From Armatimonadota bacterium (GTDB lineage: Bacteria; Sysuimicrobiota; Sysuimicrobiia; Sysuimicrobiales; Kaftiobacteriaceae), in contig JBBIUY010000009.1 of the NCBI GenBank assembly GCA_037440005.1, positions 1 through 64,000 of the forward strand: a stretch of 64,000 nt of DNA. Reading direction: 5' to 3'. A program made the position numbers and the translations under genes. The notes beneath the pieces were generated by a model. That model worked only from the letters and a program-made list of their open reading frames with translations. It did not search any database and had not been told where the DNA came from. Shown piece by piece: positions 19,542-29,457 of the stretch. The first letter of the stretch is position 1. Each line of letters opens with the position of its first letter.

Positions 19542-22500
19542 TCACTCCTGCCACACGCTGCCGGCGCCCAGCAGCTGCTCGATCTCCGCCACCAGGTCGG
19601 CGGAGGGCAGGACCTGCAGGTCCCGGGCGTTCATCACCACCTCCCGCCCGCCGGTGATCAGGTGCAGGAAGACGGGCGCGGACCCGCGCCGCCGGCCCAG
19701 GACCTCCCGCAGCCGCAGCAGGCCCTCCTCCCCGCACCGCCGGGTGTCCACCCGGACGTGCAGCGCCGCCGGCCGCGGCGCCTCGGCGCCGTCGCCGTCG
19801 GCCTCCGGCGCGGCGCCGGGGGCGAGCAGGGGCTCCACCTCCTCGGCCTCGTCCAGGGCCACCACCCGGTCGGCCAGGACCTTGGCCTGCTGCTCGGCCA
19901 CGTCCACCCGCCCCCGCACCACCACCACCGCATCCCGCTTGAGCAGCAGGTGGGCCTGCTCGTAGGTCTTGGGGAAGACGATCACCTCGCAGCTGCCGGT
20001 GAGGTCCTCCAGGGTCACGAAGGCCATGGCCGCGCCGCTGCGGGTGGTGGTCCGCTTCACGGACGTGACCAGCCCGCCCACCACCACCGCCGTCTTGTCC
20101 GGTAGCTCGCCCAGCTGGCGCAGGGAGACCGAGGTGCGGGCGGCCAGCCGGGCGTGGGCGTGGCGGAGGGGGTGGTCGGAGATGTACAGGCCGAGCATCT
20201 CCTTCTCCATGGCCAGCAGTTCGTCCCGGGAGAACTCCTCCACCGCCACGGCGGACCCCGGGTCGGCGCCCGCGGGGCCATCGGCGAGTTCGAACAGCCC
20301 CGTCTGCCCCGAGGCCCGGGCCCGCTGCACCCGCTGGGCGGCCTCCAGGGTGGCGTCCAGCGCCTGGAGCATCTGGGCCCGCCCGGCCCCCAGCGAGTCC
20401 AGGGCCCCCGCCTTGATCAGGCTCTCCAGCACCCGCTTGTTCACGGCCCGGGGGTCCACCCGCTCGACCAGGTTGGCCAGGGAGGTGAACGGGCCGCCCT
20501 CGCGGCGGGCCCGCAGGATGGCCTCCACGGCGCCGGCGCCCACGTTCTTGATGGCCGTCAGCCCGAACCGGATGGCGTCGGGGCCCACCACCGTGAAGGA
20601 CTCCCCGGAGTCGTTGACGTCGGGGGGCAGGACCCGGATACCCATGCGCAGGCACTCGGCCACCGCCGCCGCCACCTTGTCGGTGTTGCCGGCCTCGCTG
20701 GTCAGCACCGCCGCCATGTACTCGGCCGGGTAGTTGGCCTTCAGGTAGGCGGTGTAGTAGGCGATGAGCCCGTAGCAGGCGGCGTGGGCCCGGTTGAAGC
20801 CGTACCGGGCGAACGGCTCGAACTGCTCAAAGATCTGCTCGGCCACCGGGAGGGGCACGCCCCGCTCCAGACACCCGGCCAGGAACTTGGCCCGCTGCTG
20901 CTGGAGCCGATCCCGGATCTTCTTGCCGATGGCGTACCGCAGCACGTCCGCCTCGGCCGGAGAGAACCCGGCCACGGCCTGGGCCACCGCCATGACGTCC
21001 TCCTGGTACACCATCACCCCGTAGGTCTCCCGCAGGACCGGCTCCAGGGACGGGTGCAGGTAGGTGATGGGCTCCCGGCCGTGCTTGCGCCGGATGTAGG
21101 TGGGGATGTGGGCCATGGGGCCCGGGCGGAACAGCGCCACCATGGCCATGATGTCCTGGATGGTGGAGGGCCGCAGCTCCTTCAGGTACCGGGTCATGCC
21201 GGCGCCCTCCAGCTGGAATACCCCCACCGTCTCGCCGGCCGCCAGCAGCTCGTAGGTGCGGGGATCGTCCAGGGGGATCCGGGCGAGGTCGATGCGGACG
21301 CCCCGGGTGGACTCGATGATCTTCAGGGCGGTGTCCAGGATGGTGAGGTTGGCCAGCCCCAGAAAGTCCATCTTGAGCAGGCCGATCTTCTCCACCGCCG
21401 TCATGTCGTACTGGGTCATCACCAGGTCGCCCTTGGTGGCCTTCTGCAGGGGCACGTGCTCGATGAGCGGGTCGCGGGAGATGATGACCCCGGCGGCGTG
21501 GGTGCTGGCGTGCCGGGCCACCCCCTCCAGCTTGCGGGCCAGCTCCAGCAGCCGCCGGACCTGGGGGTCGGCCTCGGCCTGCCGCTGCAACTCGGGCTCG
21601 CTGCGCAACGCCTCGTCCAGGGTGGCGTTGAAGGGGATGAGCTTGGCGATGCGGTCCACGTCCCCGTAGGGCAGCCCCATCACCCGGCCCACGTCCCGCA
21701 CCGCCTGGCGCGCCCCCATGGTGCCGAAGGTGATGATCTGGGCCACGTGGTCGGCGCCGTACTTGTCCATCACGTAGCGGATGACTTCGTCCCGCCGGCT
21801 GTCCATGAAGTCCACGTCGATGTCGGGCAGGGTGTAGCGCTGGGGGTTGAGGAAGCGCTCGAAGGGCAGCCGGTACTGCAGGGGGTCCACGTCGGTCACG
21901 CGCAGGGCGTACAGGACGAGGCTGCCCGCCGCCGAGCCCCGCACGGTGGTGAGGATCCCCCGGCTCTTGGCGAACCGGACGAAGTCCTGGACGATGAGGA
22001 AGTAGGGCGCGTAGCCCATGCGGGCGATGACGCTCAGCTCGTAGTCCAGCCGCTGCCGGGCCTCGGGGGGGACCCGGCCGTAGATGTCCCGCAGCCCCTG
22101 CTCGCACAGCGTCCGCAGGTAGGAGTCGGGGGTGTGGCCCTCGGGGACCGGGAAGTGGGGCAGCTTCACCTCGCCCAGGTCCAGCTCCAGCGACACCCGC
22201 TCGGCGATCTCCCGGGTGCTGGCCAGGGCCTCGGGGAGGTCGGCGAACAGGCGCGCCATCTCCTCGGAGGACTTGAGGTAGAACTCGGGCGTCTGGCCCA
22301 TGCGCGGCTTGTCGGCGGCGTCCAGGTTCACGTTCATCTGGATGCACATGAGGGCGTCCTGGGCGTCGGCATCCTCCCGCATGACGTAGTGGACGTCGTT
22401 GGTGGCCACCAGGGGCAGCCCCAGGTCCCGGGCCAGCCGGCGCATGCCCGCGATGTTCTGCCGCTGCTCGGGCAGGCCGTGGTCCTGGACTTCCAGGTAG

Positions 22501-23015
22501 AAGTTGCCGGGCCCGAAGATGTCCCGGGACTGGGCGGCCAGGTCCCGGGCCTGGGCCAGGTCGTCCCGCAGGAGGGCCTGGGTGATCTCGCCCTTCAGGC
22601 AGCCCGACAGGCCCACCAGGCCGCGGCTGTGGCGAGCCAGCAGCTCCTTGTCGATGCGGGGCTTGTAGTAAAACCCGTCCAGGTGCGCCGCCGTGGTCAG
22701 GCGGATGAGGTTGCGGTACCCGTCCAGGTCGGTGGCCAGCAGGACCAGGTGGAAGGCGTTGGCGTCCAGGCGGGGGTCGCGGTCGGCCATCCGGCGGGGC
22801 GCCACGTAGGCCTCCACGCCGATGATGGGGGTGATGCCGGCCTCCCGGGCCCGCAGGTAGAACTCCACGACGCCGTACATGGCGCCGTGGTCGGTGATGG
22901 CCAGGGCCGGCAGCCCCAGTTCCGTCGCCCGGGCCATCAGGGTGCTGATGCGGCTGTGTCCGTCCAGCAGGCTGTACTCGGTGTGCAGGTGCAGGTGGAC
23001 GAAGGGGTCCGCCAT
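19542..23015 (-). CDS. dnaE: DNA polymerase III alpha subunit
   Basis: FVHLHLHTEYSLLDG (PHP), RGSAAGS, PDIDVDF, GLLKMDFLGL, FNRAH, OB fold. Start placed at ATG 23015 after GGGAGG. Confidence 0.97.
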   Translation of the reverse strand: MADPFVHLHLHTEYSLLDGHSRISTLMARATELGLPALAITDHGAMYGVVEFYLRAREAGITPIIGVEAYVAPRRMADRDPRLDANAFHLVLLATDLDGYRNLIRLTTAAHLDGFYYKPRIDKELLARHSRGLVGLSGCLKGEITQALLRDDLAQARDLAAQSRDIFGPGNFYLEVQDHGLPEQRQNIAGMRRLARDLGLPLVATNDVHYVMREDADAQDALMCIQMNVNLDAADKPRMGQTPEFYLKSSEEMARLFADLPEALASTREIAERVSLELDLGEVKLPHFPVPEGHTPDSYLRTLCEQGLRDIYGRVPPEARQRLDYELSVIARMGYAPYFLIVQDFVRFAKSRGILTTVRGSAAGSLVLYALRVTDVDPLQYRLPFERFLNPQRYTLPDIDVDFMDSRRDEVIRYVMDKYGADHVAQIITFGTMGARQAVRDVGRVMGLPYGDVDRIAKLIPFNATLDEALRSEPELQRQAEADPQVRRLLELARKLEGVARHASTHAAGVIISRDPLIEHVPLQKATKGDLVMTQYDMTAVEKIGLLKMDFLGLANLTILDTALKIIESTRGVRIDLARIPLDDPRTYELLAAGETVGVFQLEGAGMTRYLKELRPSTIQDIMAMVALFRPGPMAHIPTYIRRKHGREPITYLHPSLEPVLRETYGVMVYQEDVMAVAQAVAGFSPAEADVLRYAIGKKIRDRLQQQRAKFLAGCLERGVPLPVAEQIFEQFEPFARYGFNRAHAACYGLIAYYTAYLKANYPAEYMAAVLTSEAGNTDKVAAAVAECLRMGIRVLPPDVNDSGESFTVVGPDAIRFGLTAIKNVGAGAVEAILRARREGGPFTSLANLVERVDPRAVNKRVLESLIKAGALDSLGAGRAQMLQALDATLEAAQRVQRARASGQTGLFELADGPAGADPGSAVAVEEFSRDELLAMEKEMLGLYISDHPLRHAHARLAARTSVSLRQLGELPDKTAVVVGGLVTSVKRTTTRSGAAMAFVTLEDLTGSCEVIVFPKTYEQAHLLLKRDAVVVVRGRVDVAEQQAKVLADRVVALDEAEEVEPLLAPGAAPEADGDGAEAPRPAALHVRVDTRRCGEEGLLRLREVLGRRRGSAPVFLHLITGGREVVMNARDLQVLPSADLVAEIEQLLGAGSVWQE

Positions 23016-23036
23016 CGCCAGCGGTGCCTCCCGGCC

Positions 23037-23066
23037 ATTGTAGCAGGCCCCCCGCCCGCCGGCCAA
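23037..23066 (-). promoter_or_regulatory. Promoter of dnaE
   Basis: TTGGCC (23066-23061), 18 nt, TACAAT (23042-23037) preceded by TG (extended -10). Confidence 0.6.
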
Positions 23067-23160
23067 GGCGCGAACGCGCGGAAGCGGGGAAGCGCGAGCC
23101 GACCTGTCCTGTGGACGCACACCCCTTCGCGCTTCCGCGTTTCCGCGCTTCCGCGCTTGT
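23064..23160. repeat. Mirror-image octamer repeat element: (GGAAGCGC)x4, core, (GCGCTTCC)x4
   Basis: Left units CAAGGCGC GAACGCGC GGAAGCGG GGAAGCGC; right units GCGCTTCC GCGTTTCC GCGCTTCC GCGCTTGT. Confidence 0.75.
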
Positions 23161-23165
23161 GCCCC

Positions 23166-24488
23166 TCAGACCTCCCCCGCCACCTCCAGCACGCACTCCT
23201 CCAGCACGTCCAGGGCCCGGTCCAGCAGGTCGTCGGAGATCACCAGGGGCGTGAGGATGCGGATCACGTTGTTGTACAGGCCCGCCCGCAGCACCAGGAC
23301 GCCCCGCGCCGCCGCGCGGCGGATCACCTCCAGGGTCTCCTGAGGGGCCGGCTCGCGGGTGGCCCGGTCCCGCACGAGCTCCATGGCCACCATGGCGCCC
23401 AGTCCCCGCACGTCGCCCACCAGGGCCGTCCGCGCGGCCAGGCCCCGGAACCGCCGCAGCATCCTCTCGCCCAGGGCCGCCGCCCGGGCCACCAGCCCCT
23501 GCTCCTCCATGACCTCCAGCACCGCCAGCGCCGCCGCGCACGCCACCGGATTGCCCACGTAGGTCCCCCCCAGGGACCCTTCGGGCAGCGCGTCCATGAT
23601 CTCCCGGGCGCCCACCACCGCCGAGACGGGCAGCCCCGCCGCGATGGACTTGGCCACCGTCATCAGGTCGGGCTCCACCCCCCAGTGCTCGATGGCGAAC
23701 ATCCGGCCGGTGCGGCCGAACCCGGTCTGGATCTCGTCCACCACGAGCAGGATGCCGTGGCGGTCCGCCAGGGCCCGCAGCTGCGGGAAGAAGTCGGGCG
23801 GGGGGACCACGAATCCGCCCTCCCCCAGCACCGGCTCTACCACGATGGCCGCCACCCGGTCGGCCTGGACGTGGGCGGTGAACAGGTCCTCCAGGCGGCG
23901 CAGGACCGTGCGGGTGGCGTCCGGGAGGCGGTAGGGGTCGGGATAGGGGACCCGGTAGACCTCGGGCATGAACGGGCCGAAGTTGCGCTTGTACGGGTCG
24001 ATCTTGCTGGTCAGGGACAGGCTCATGTACGTCCGGCCGTGGAACGCTCCCTCAAACGCCACCAGGGCCGGCCGTCCCGTGACGGCGCGGGCGATCTTGA
24101 CGGCGTTCTCCACCGCCTCGGTGCCGGAGTTGAGCAGCAGCGCCTTCTTGGGCCGGGGGCCGGGGGCCAGCTCGCACAGGCGCCGGCACAGCCGGATGTA
24201 GCCCTCGTAGGGCGCCACGCTGAAGTCGGTGTGGGTGAACCGGCGCGCCTGCTCCACCACCGCCGCCACCACCGCGGGGTGCGAGTGGCCCACGTTCAGG
24301 CACCCCACCCCGCCGGACAGGTCGATGAAGGTGTGCCCGTCCAGGTCCACGAGCACCGCTCCCTCAGCCTGGCGGATCACCGCCGGGAGGTGGACGCCGA
24401 TGGGCCGGGCGACCCACCGGTCCTTCTCCTCCAGCCACGCCGCCGACTGCGGCCCCGGCAGCGCGTACCGCTCGGACGTTCTCTTCAT
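23166..24488 (-). CDS. gabT: 4-aminobutyrate aminotransferase (class III)
   Basis: IDLSGGVGCLNVGH, NSGTEAVENAVKIAR, FHGRT, EPVLGEGG, DEIQTGFGRTG, AKS. ATG at 24488 after GGAGGAG. Confidence 0.88.
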   Translation of the reverse strand: MKRTSERYALPGPQSAAWLEEKDRWVARPIGVHLPAVIRQAEGAVLVDLDGHTFIDLSGGVGCLNVGHSHPAVVAAVVEQARRFTHTDFSVAPYEGYIRLCRRLCELAPGPRPKKALLLNSGTEAVENAVKIARAVTGRPALVAFEGAFHGRTYMSLSLTSKIDPYKRNFGPFMPEVYRVPYPDPYRLPDATRTVLRRLEDLFTAHVQADRVAAIVVEPVLGEGGFVVPPPDFFPQLRALADRHGILLVVDEIQTGFGRTGRMFAIEHWGVEPDLMTVAKSIAAGLPVSAVVGAREIMDALPEGSLGGTYVGNPVACAAALAVLEVMEEQGLVARAAALGERMLRRFRGLAARTALVGDVRGLGAMVAMELVRDRATREPAPQETLEVIRRAAARGVLVLRAGLYNNVIRILTPLVISDDLLDRALDVLEECVLEVAGEV

Positions 24489-24503
24489 GGGGGCTCCTCC
24501 TCT

Positions 24504-24618
24504 GGGAAGGGAAAAGGGAAAAAGGAAAAGGGAAAAGGGCGTGACGGGAACGCGTGCGCAGTCTTCTCCCCTCTTCCTTTTTCCCTTTTCCATTTTCCCT
24601 TTTTCCCTTTTTCATTCC
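24504..24618. repeat. Mirror-image heptamer repeat element: (GGAAAAG)n, core, (CTTTTCC)n
   Basis: About 5 purine heptamers at 24504-24539 and about 7 complementary pyrimidine units at 24563-24618; strongly AT-rich against the local background. Confidence 0.85.
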
Positions 24619-26084
24619 CGCCTCAGCGCCACCACGGCGTGGATGCGGCTGGTCTGCGGCAGCAGGTCCACCGGCTGGACCTCCACCGGCACGAAACCGG
24701 CCTCCCGGGCCGCCGCCACGTCCCGGGCCAGCAGGGTCAGCGAGTGGCTGGCGCAGGCCAGGCGCCGGGCGCCGGCCCGGGCCGCCTCGGCGAACACCTC
24801 GGGGGGCGTGGGCTCCCCCCGGGCGGTGGCCACCGCGGCGTCGATGGTCTCGCCCCGGTCCCGCAGTTTGCGCAGGACGCCGGCGGGAGAGCGGGTGTAG
24901 AAGACGCAGTTGCCGATGCCGTTGAGGGTGGCGTTCTCCCACGCCCGGTGCATCGCCTCCCGGTCCGGGGCCACCCCCACCACCCGGGAGGCCCGGGAGG
25001 CCAGCGCCAGGGGCACCAATCCTTCCTCGCACGCCACGTCCACCACGACCCCGCCCTCTCCCACCGCCCGGGCGATGGCCTCCAGGTACAGGGGCAGCGC
25101 CCGGGGGTTGGGGGGAACGGCGGCGGAGGCGTACAGGCGCAGCCGCAGGCCGGCGACCACGTCCTCGATGTAGGGCCGCCCCCACAGCAGGCGCACCGAC
25201 CCGAGCATCTCGGGCGTGCGCGCCGGCTGCACCGACAGCTGCAGGGACACCAGGCCGGGGACGCGGTCCACCAGGGCGCGGACCACCGCCATGCGGTCCG
25301 GCAGGTCCCGGGTGGCGCACAGGATCACCATCGCCTCGCCGGTGCTGACCCCCACCTGCCCCACCACCCCCCGCACCAGCCCCGCGCCGGTGGCGCGGTC
25401 GTAGACCGGCCAGCCCAGGGCCGCCACCGCGTCCCGCACGGCGTGCATGAGCTGGACGTTGACCGCCGGCTGGATGGGGCACTCCTGCACGTTGATCACC
25501 CGCAGCGGGCCGGTGCGGGCGTAATACCCGACCACCACCCGGTCCCCCCGCAGGCCGAAGGCCGCCTGCACCCGGTTGCGGTACTCCCACGGCGCGGCGG
25601 CCACGGCGTCGCGGACGACGGCGCCGGTGCCCTCCAGAACCGGGCGCAGCAGGTCCCGCACCAGGGCCGTCTTGTAGGCCAGCTGGGCCGGGTAGGCGGC
25701 GTGCTGCCACTGACAGCCCCCGCAGGCGCCGAAGTGGCGGCAGCGGGGCTGGACGCTGTCGGCGGACCGGCGGACCAGGGCGACGATCGTCCCTTCCGCC
25801 CGCCGGCCCGCACGGGTGATCTCCACCACCGCCTCCTCGCCCGGGAGGGCGAAGGGCACCGACACCCGCTGGGCGCCGACCACCCCCACCCCATCCCCGT
25901 CGGGGTTCACGCCGCGGAAGGCGACGGCGACCTTCTGGCCCACCCGCAGGGGCGCGGGCCGCGGGGAGGGCCGCTGCGGCGGGGGGCCCGGCCGGCGGAC
26001 CACCGCCCGACCGGGAGCGCGCCCGCGCTCCTGCGTTCTCGCGTTCTCCCGTTCCCGCGTTCCCGCGTTCCCGCGTTTTCGCAT
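24612..26084 (-). CDS. RlmD/TrmA-family RNA m5U methyltransferase homolog, apparently catalytically degenerate
   Basis: TRAM-like N-terminus (GDGVG..VPFALPGE), CRHFGACGGCQWQH..C Fe-S motif, YRNR and LARD..D..PQT framework present; SAM and catalytic motifs substituted. ATG coupled to the gatB stop (TGATG). Confidence 0.85.
   Translation of the reverse strand: MRKRGNAGTRERENARTQERGRAPGRAVVRRPGPPPQRPSPRPAPLRVGQKVAVAFRGVNPDGDGVGVVGAQRVSVPFALPGEEAVVEITRAGRRAEGTIVALVRRSADSVQPRCRHFGACGGCQWQHAAYPAQLAYKTALVRDLLRPVLEGTGAVVRDAVAAAPWEYRNRVQAAFGLRGDRVVVGYYARTGPLRVINVQECPIQPAVNVQLMHAVRDAVAALGWPVYDRATGAGLVRGVVGQVGVSTGEAMVILCATRDLPDRMAVVRALVDRVPGLVSLQLSVQPARTPEMLGSVRLLWGRPYIEDVVAGLRLRLYASAAVPPNPRALPLYLEAIARAVGEGGVVVDVACEEGLVPLALASRASRVVGVAPDREAMHRAWENATLNGIGNCVFYTRSPAGVLRKLRDRGETIDAAVATARGEPTPPEVFAEAARAGARRLACASHSLTLLARDVAAAREAGFVPVEVQPVDLLPQTSRIHAVVALRRE
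26025..26080. repeat. Seven tandem octamers, consensus GCGTTCCC
   Basis: GCGCTCCT GCGTTCTC GCGTTCTC CCGTTCCC GCGTTCCC GCGTTCCC GCGTTTTC. Confidence 0.85.
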
Positions 26085-27547
26085 CACGACCCCAGCCGCT
26101 CCCGCAGCAGCCGGTTGGCCAGCTCCGGGTTGGCCCGCCCGCGCGTGCGACGCATCACCTGGCCGACCAGGAACGTCAGCGCCTGCACCTTGCCCGCGCG
26201 GTACTCGGACGCCGGGCCCGGGTGCTCGGCCAGCACCTGGTCGACCACCGCCCGCAGGGCCGCCTCGTCGCTGATCTGCACCAGCCCGCGCTCCTCCACC
26301 AGGGCCCGGGGGCGGGCGCCCCGCAGGACCTCGGGGAGGATCTCCTTGGCGATGCGGCCGCTGATGGTCCCCTCCTCCATGAGGGCCAGCAACTCGGCCA
26401 GGTGGGCCGGCGTGACCGGCAGCTCGTCCAGCTCCACCCCCTCGGCGTGGAGGAAGGCGGCCACGTCCCCGGTCAGCCAGTTGCACACCACCTTGGGGTG
26501 CGGGTACAGCCGCACCGTCTCCTCGAAGAAATGGGCCAGGGCGGCCGAGGAGACGATCAGGTCGGCGTCGTACTCGGACAGGCCGTAGGCCGCCACGTAG
26601 CGGCGGCGCCGGGCGTCGGGCAGTTCGGGCAGGGTGGTGCGGATCTCGTCCAGCCACCGGGCGTCCACCACGATGGGGACCAGGTCCGGTTCGGGGAAGT
26701 AGCGGTAGTCCTGGGCCTCCTCCTTGGCCCGGGAGGCGAAGGTCAGGCCCCGCCGCTCGTCCCAGTGCCGGGTTTCCTGCTCCACCGCCTCCCCCCGGTC
26801 CAGCAGCGCCCGCTGGCGGTCCACCTCGTAGGCCAGCGCCCGCTCCACCGCCCGCAGGGAGTTCATGTTCTTGACCTCGGTGCGCGTGCCCAGGGCGTCT
26901 CCCGGCCGGCGCAGCGAGACGTTGGCGTCGCAGCGCAGACTGCCCTCCTCCATCCGCCCGGTGCTGACCTCCAGAGCCTGCAGGACCGCCCGCAGCCGGC
27001 TGAGGAACAGCCGGGCCTCCTGGGGCGAGCGCAGGTCGGGCTCGGTGACGATCTCCATCAGGGGCACGCCGCTGCGGTTGTAGTCCACCAGGCTGTAGGC
27101 CACCCGGCCCTCCCGCACCGCGTGCACCAGCCGCCCGGTGTCCTCCTCCAGGTGGACCCGGCGGATCCCGATGGCCCGGGGGCCGGCGGGGGTGGGGATC
27201 TCCAGCCGGCCGTCGGTGGCCAGGGGCGGGTGCACCTTGTACCGGTACTGGGTGATCTGGTAGTTCTTGGGCAGGTCGGGATAGTAGTAGTTCTTGCGGT
27301 GGAACTGGCTGACCGGGTGCACGGTGCAGTTCAGGGCCACCGCCGTCCGCAGGCCCAGTTCCACCGCCCGGCGGTTGATCACCGGCAGGGAGCCCGGCAG
27401 GCCCAGGCACACGGGGCAGGTCAGGGTGTTGGGCGGCGCCCCGAACGCCACCGGGCAGGCGCAGAACATCTTGGTCCGGGTCAGCAGCTGGACGTGGATC
27501 TCCAGCCCGATGACCACCTCGTAGTCCACCGCCACGCCCCGCGCCAC
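26084..27547 (-). CDS. gatB: Asp/Glu-tRNA amidotransferase subunit B
   Basis: [63 protein letters not shown]. Confidence 0.97.
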   Translation of the reverse strand: MARGVAVDYEVVIGLEIHVQLLTRTKMFCACPVAFGAPPNTLTCPVCLGLPGSLPVINRRAVELGLRTAVALNCTVHPVSQFHRKNYYYPDLPKNYQITQYRYKVHPPLATDGRLEIPTPAGPRAIGIRRVHLEEDTGRLVHAVREGRVAYSLVDYNRSGVPLMEIVTEPDLRSPQEARLFLSRLRAVLQALEVSTGRMEEGSLRCDANVSLRRPGDALGTRTEVKNMNSLRAVERALAYEVDRQRALLDRGEAVEQETRHWDERRGLTFASRAKEEAQDYRYFPEPDLVPIVVDARWLDEIRTTLPELPDARRRRYVAAYGLSEYDADLIVSSAALAHFFEETVRLYPHPKVVCNWLTGDVAAFLHAEGVELDELPVTPAHLAELLALMEEGTISGRIAKEILPEVLRGARPRALVEERGLVQISDEAALRAVVDQVLAEHPGPASEYRAGKVQALTFLVGQVMRRTRGRANPELANRLLRERLGS

Positions 27548-27563
27548 CGCCGCCCTCCGCCCG

Positions 27564-29108
27564 TCAGGGGTGTGTCGGCGACTCGGTTTTCCCGGCCGCC
27601 GGTCGGGGATCCCGGCCCCCCGGTCGAGCCCGCACCGCCTCCACGACGGGCGGGACCCGCCTGTGCCAGGGGGTGGCCTGCTCGTAGGCGTAGGCGACCT
27701 GGAGGACCGTGGCCTCCTCGAAGGCCCGCCCGATCAGCTGCAGGCCCACCGGCAGCTCGACCCCGTCGCCCTCGGGGCGGGCGAACCCGCAGGGCACCGA
27801 GATCCCGGGCAGGCCCGCCAGGTTGACGGGGATGGTGTAGACGTCGGCCAGGTACATCTGGAGGGGGTCGTCCACCTTCTCGCCCAGGCGGAACGCCACC
27901 GTGGGGGAGACCGGCATCAGGACCAGGTCCACCGCCTCCAGCGCCCGGGCGAAGTCCCGGCGGATCAGGGTGCGGACCCGCTGGGCCTTCAGGAAGAACC
28001 CTTCGTAGTACCCCGCGGACAGGGCGTAGGTCCCCAGCATGATCCGCCGCTTCACCTCCGCCCCGAACCCGGCCCGCCGGGTGCGGGCGTACATGGCGTC
28101 GGGGTCGGGCCCGGGGACCCGCAGTCCGTACTGCACGCCGTCGTAGCGGGCCAGGTTGGCGCTGGCCTCGGAGGTGGCCAGCAGGTAGTAGGTCGGCAGG
28201 GCGTACTCGATGGTGGGCAGGGAGACCTCCTCCACCACCGCGCCCAGGTCGTCCAGGACCTTCGCCGCCGCCAGGACGGCGTCGCGCACCCCCGGCTGCA
28301 GGCCGGCCCCGAACGCTTCCCGGGCCAGGCCGATGCGGATGCCGCGGATCTCCGGCCGCAGCGCCGCCCGGTAGTCGGGGACGTCCCGGTTCACCGACGT
28401 CGAGTCCCGGGGATCCCACCCGGCGATCACCCGCAGCAGCAGGGCGGCGTCGGCCACCGTGCGGGTCATGGGGCCGATCTGGTCCAGGGACGACGCGAAC
28501 GCCACCAGGCCGTAGCGGGACACCCGGCCGTAGGTGGGCTTCAGGCCCACCGTCCCGGTGAGCCCGGCCGGCTGGCGGATTGACCCCCCGGTGTCGGTCC
28601 CCAGGGCCAGGGGGGCCAGGCCCGCCGCCACCGCAGCCGCCGACCCCCCGCTGCTGCCCCCGGGCACCCGGTCCAGGTCCCAGGGGTTGCGCGTCGGGCC
28701 GAAGGCCGAGTTCTCGGTGGAGGACCCCATGGCGAACTCGTCCAGGTTCGTCTTGCCCACCAGGACCGCGCCGGCGGCGCGCAGCCGCTCGACCACCGTG
28801 GCGTCGTAGGGCGGCACCCACCCGGCCAGGATCCTCGAGCCCGCGGTGGTGGGCATGTCGGCGGTGCAGATGATGTCCTTGACGGCCACCGGCAGCCCGG
28901 CCAGGGGCGGCACCTCCGCGCCGCGGGCGTAGCGGTCGTCCCACGTCCGCGCCGCCCGCAGCGCGCCCTCGGCGTCCACGTGCAGGAAGGCGTGCAGGAC
29001 CCCGTCCAGCTCCTGGATCCGGTCCAGGCACGCCCGCACCAGGTCGGTGGGGGCGATCTCGCGCCGGCGCAGGCGGGCCAGCAGGTCGGTGGCGGGGGCG
29101 TCGATCAG
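27564..29108 (-). CDS. gatA: Asp/Glu-tRNA amidotransferase subunit A (probable CTG start)
   Basis: Amidase signature ([41 protein letters not shown]). GatA-like sequence extends 23 codons upstream of the first GTG to a CTG overlapping the gatC stop. Confidence 0.95.
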   Translation of the reverse strand: MIDAPATDLLARLRRREIAPTDLVRACLDRIQELDGVLHAFLHVDAEGALRAARTWDDRYARGAEVPPLAGLPVAVKDIICTADMPTTAGSRILAGWVPPYDATVVERLRAAGAVLVGKTNLDEFAMGSSTENSAFGPTRNPWDLDRVPGGSSGGSAAAVAAGLAPLALGTDTGGSIRQPAGLTGTVGLKPTYGRVSRYGLVAFASSLDQIGPMTRTVADAALLLRVIAGWDPRDSTSVNRDVPDYRAALRPEIRGIRIGLAREAFGAGLQPGVRDAVLAAAKVLDDLGAVVEEVSLPTIEYALPTYYLLATSEASANLARYDGVQYGLRVPGPDPDAMYARTRRAGFGAEVKRRIMLGTYALSAGYYEGFFLKAQRVRTLIRRDFARALEAVDLVLMPVSPTVAFRLGEKVDDPLQMYLADVYTIPVNLAGLPGISVPCGFARPEGDGVELPVGLQLIGRAFEEATVLQVAYAYEQATPWHRRVPPVVEAVRARPGGRDPRPAAGKTESPTHP

Positions 29109-29407
29109 GGCTGCAGCTCCGCGTCCAGAATGGGAGGCACCTTGAAGAACCCGTCCTCGTGCTCGGGCGCCGACCGGAGGACGGCCTCCCGGGGCAGCGG
29201 GGTGCCGGGCACGTCCTCGCGGAACACGTTGCGCATCTCCACCACGTGGGAGGTGGGCTCCACGTCCTCGGTATCCAGCTCGTCCAGCCGGGCGAAGTAC
29301 TCGAGGATGTGGCGCAGCTGCTGGGCCAGCGTCGCCCGCTCCTCCTCCGAGAGGTCCAGGCGCGCCAGGCGCGCCACGTGGTCCACCACAGCCGGGTCAA
29401 TGGGCAT
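29105..29407 (-). CDS. gatC: Asp/Glu-tRNA amidotransferase subunit C
   Basis: [43 protein letters not shown] extended -10 at 29435-29427. Confidence 0.95.
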   Translation of the reverse strand: MPIDPAVVDHVARLARLDLSEEERATLAQQLRHILEYFARLDELDTEDVEPTSHVVEMRNVFREDVPGTPLPREAVLRSAPEHEDGFFKVPPILDAELQP

Positions 29408-29457
29408 CCGACCTCACCCGCGGACCATCCTAGCACAGGCGCGGGAGACGGGGGACG

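Noticed and set aside
19542..23015. Inteins or introns in dnaE, polA, uvrA/B or pcrA
   Set aside because: Protein lengths are ordinary and no splice-junction or homing-endonuclease motifs are visible.
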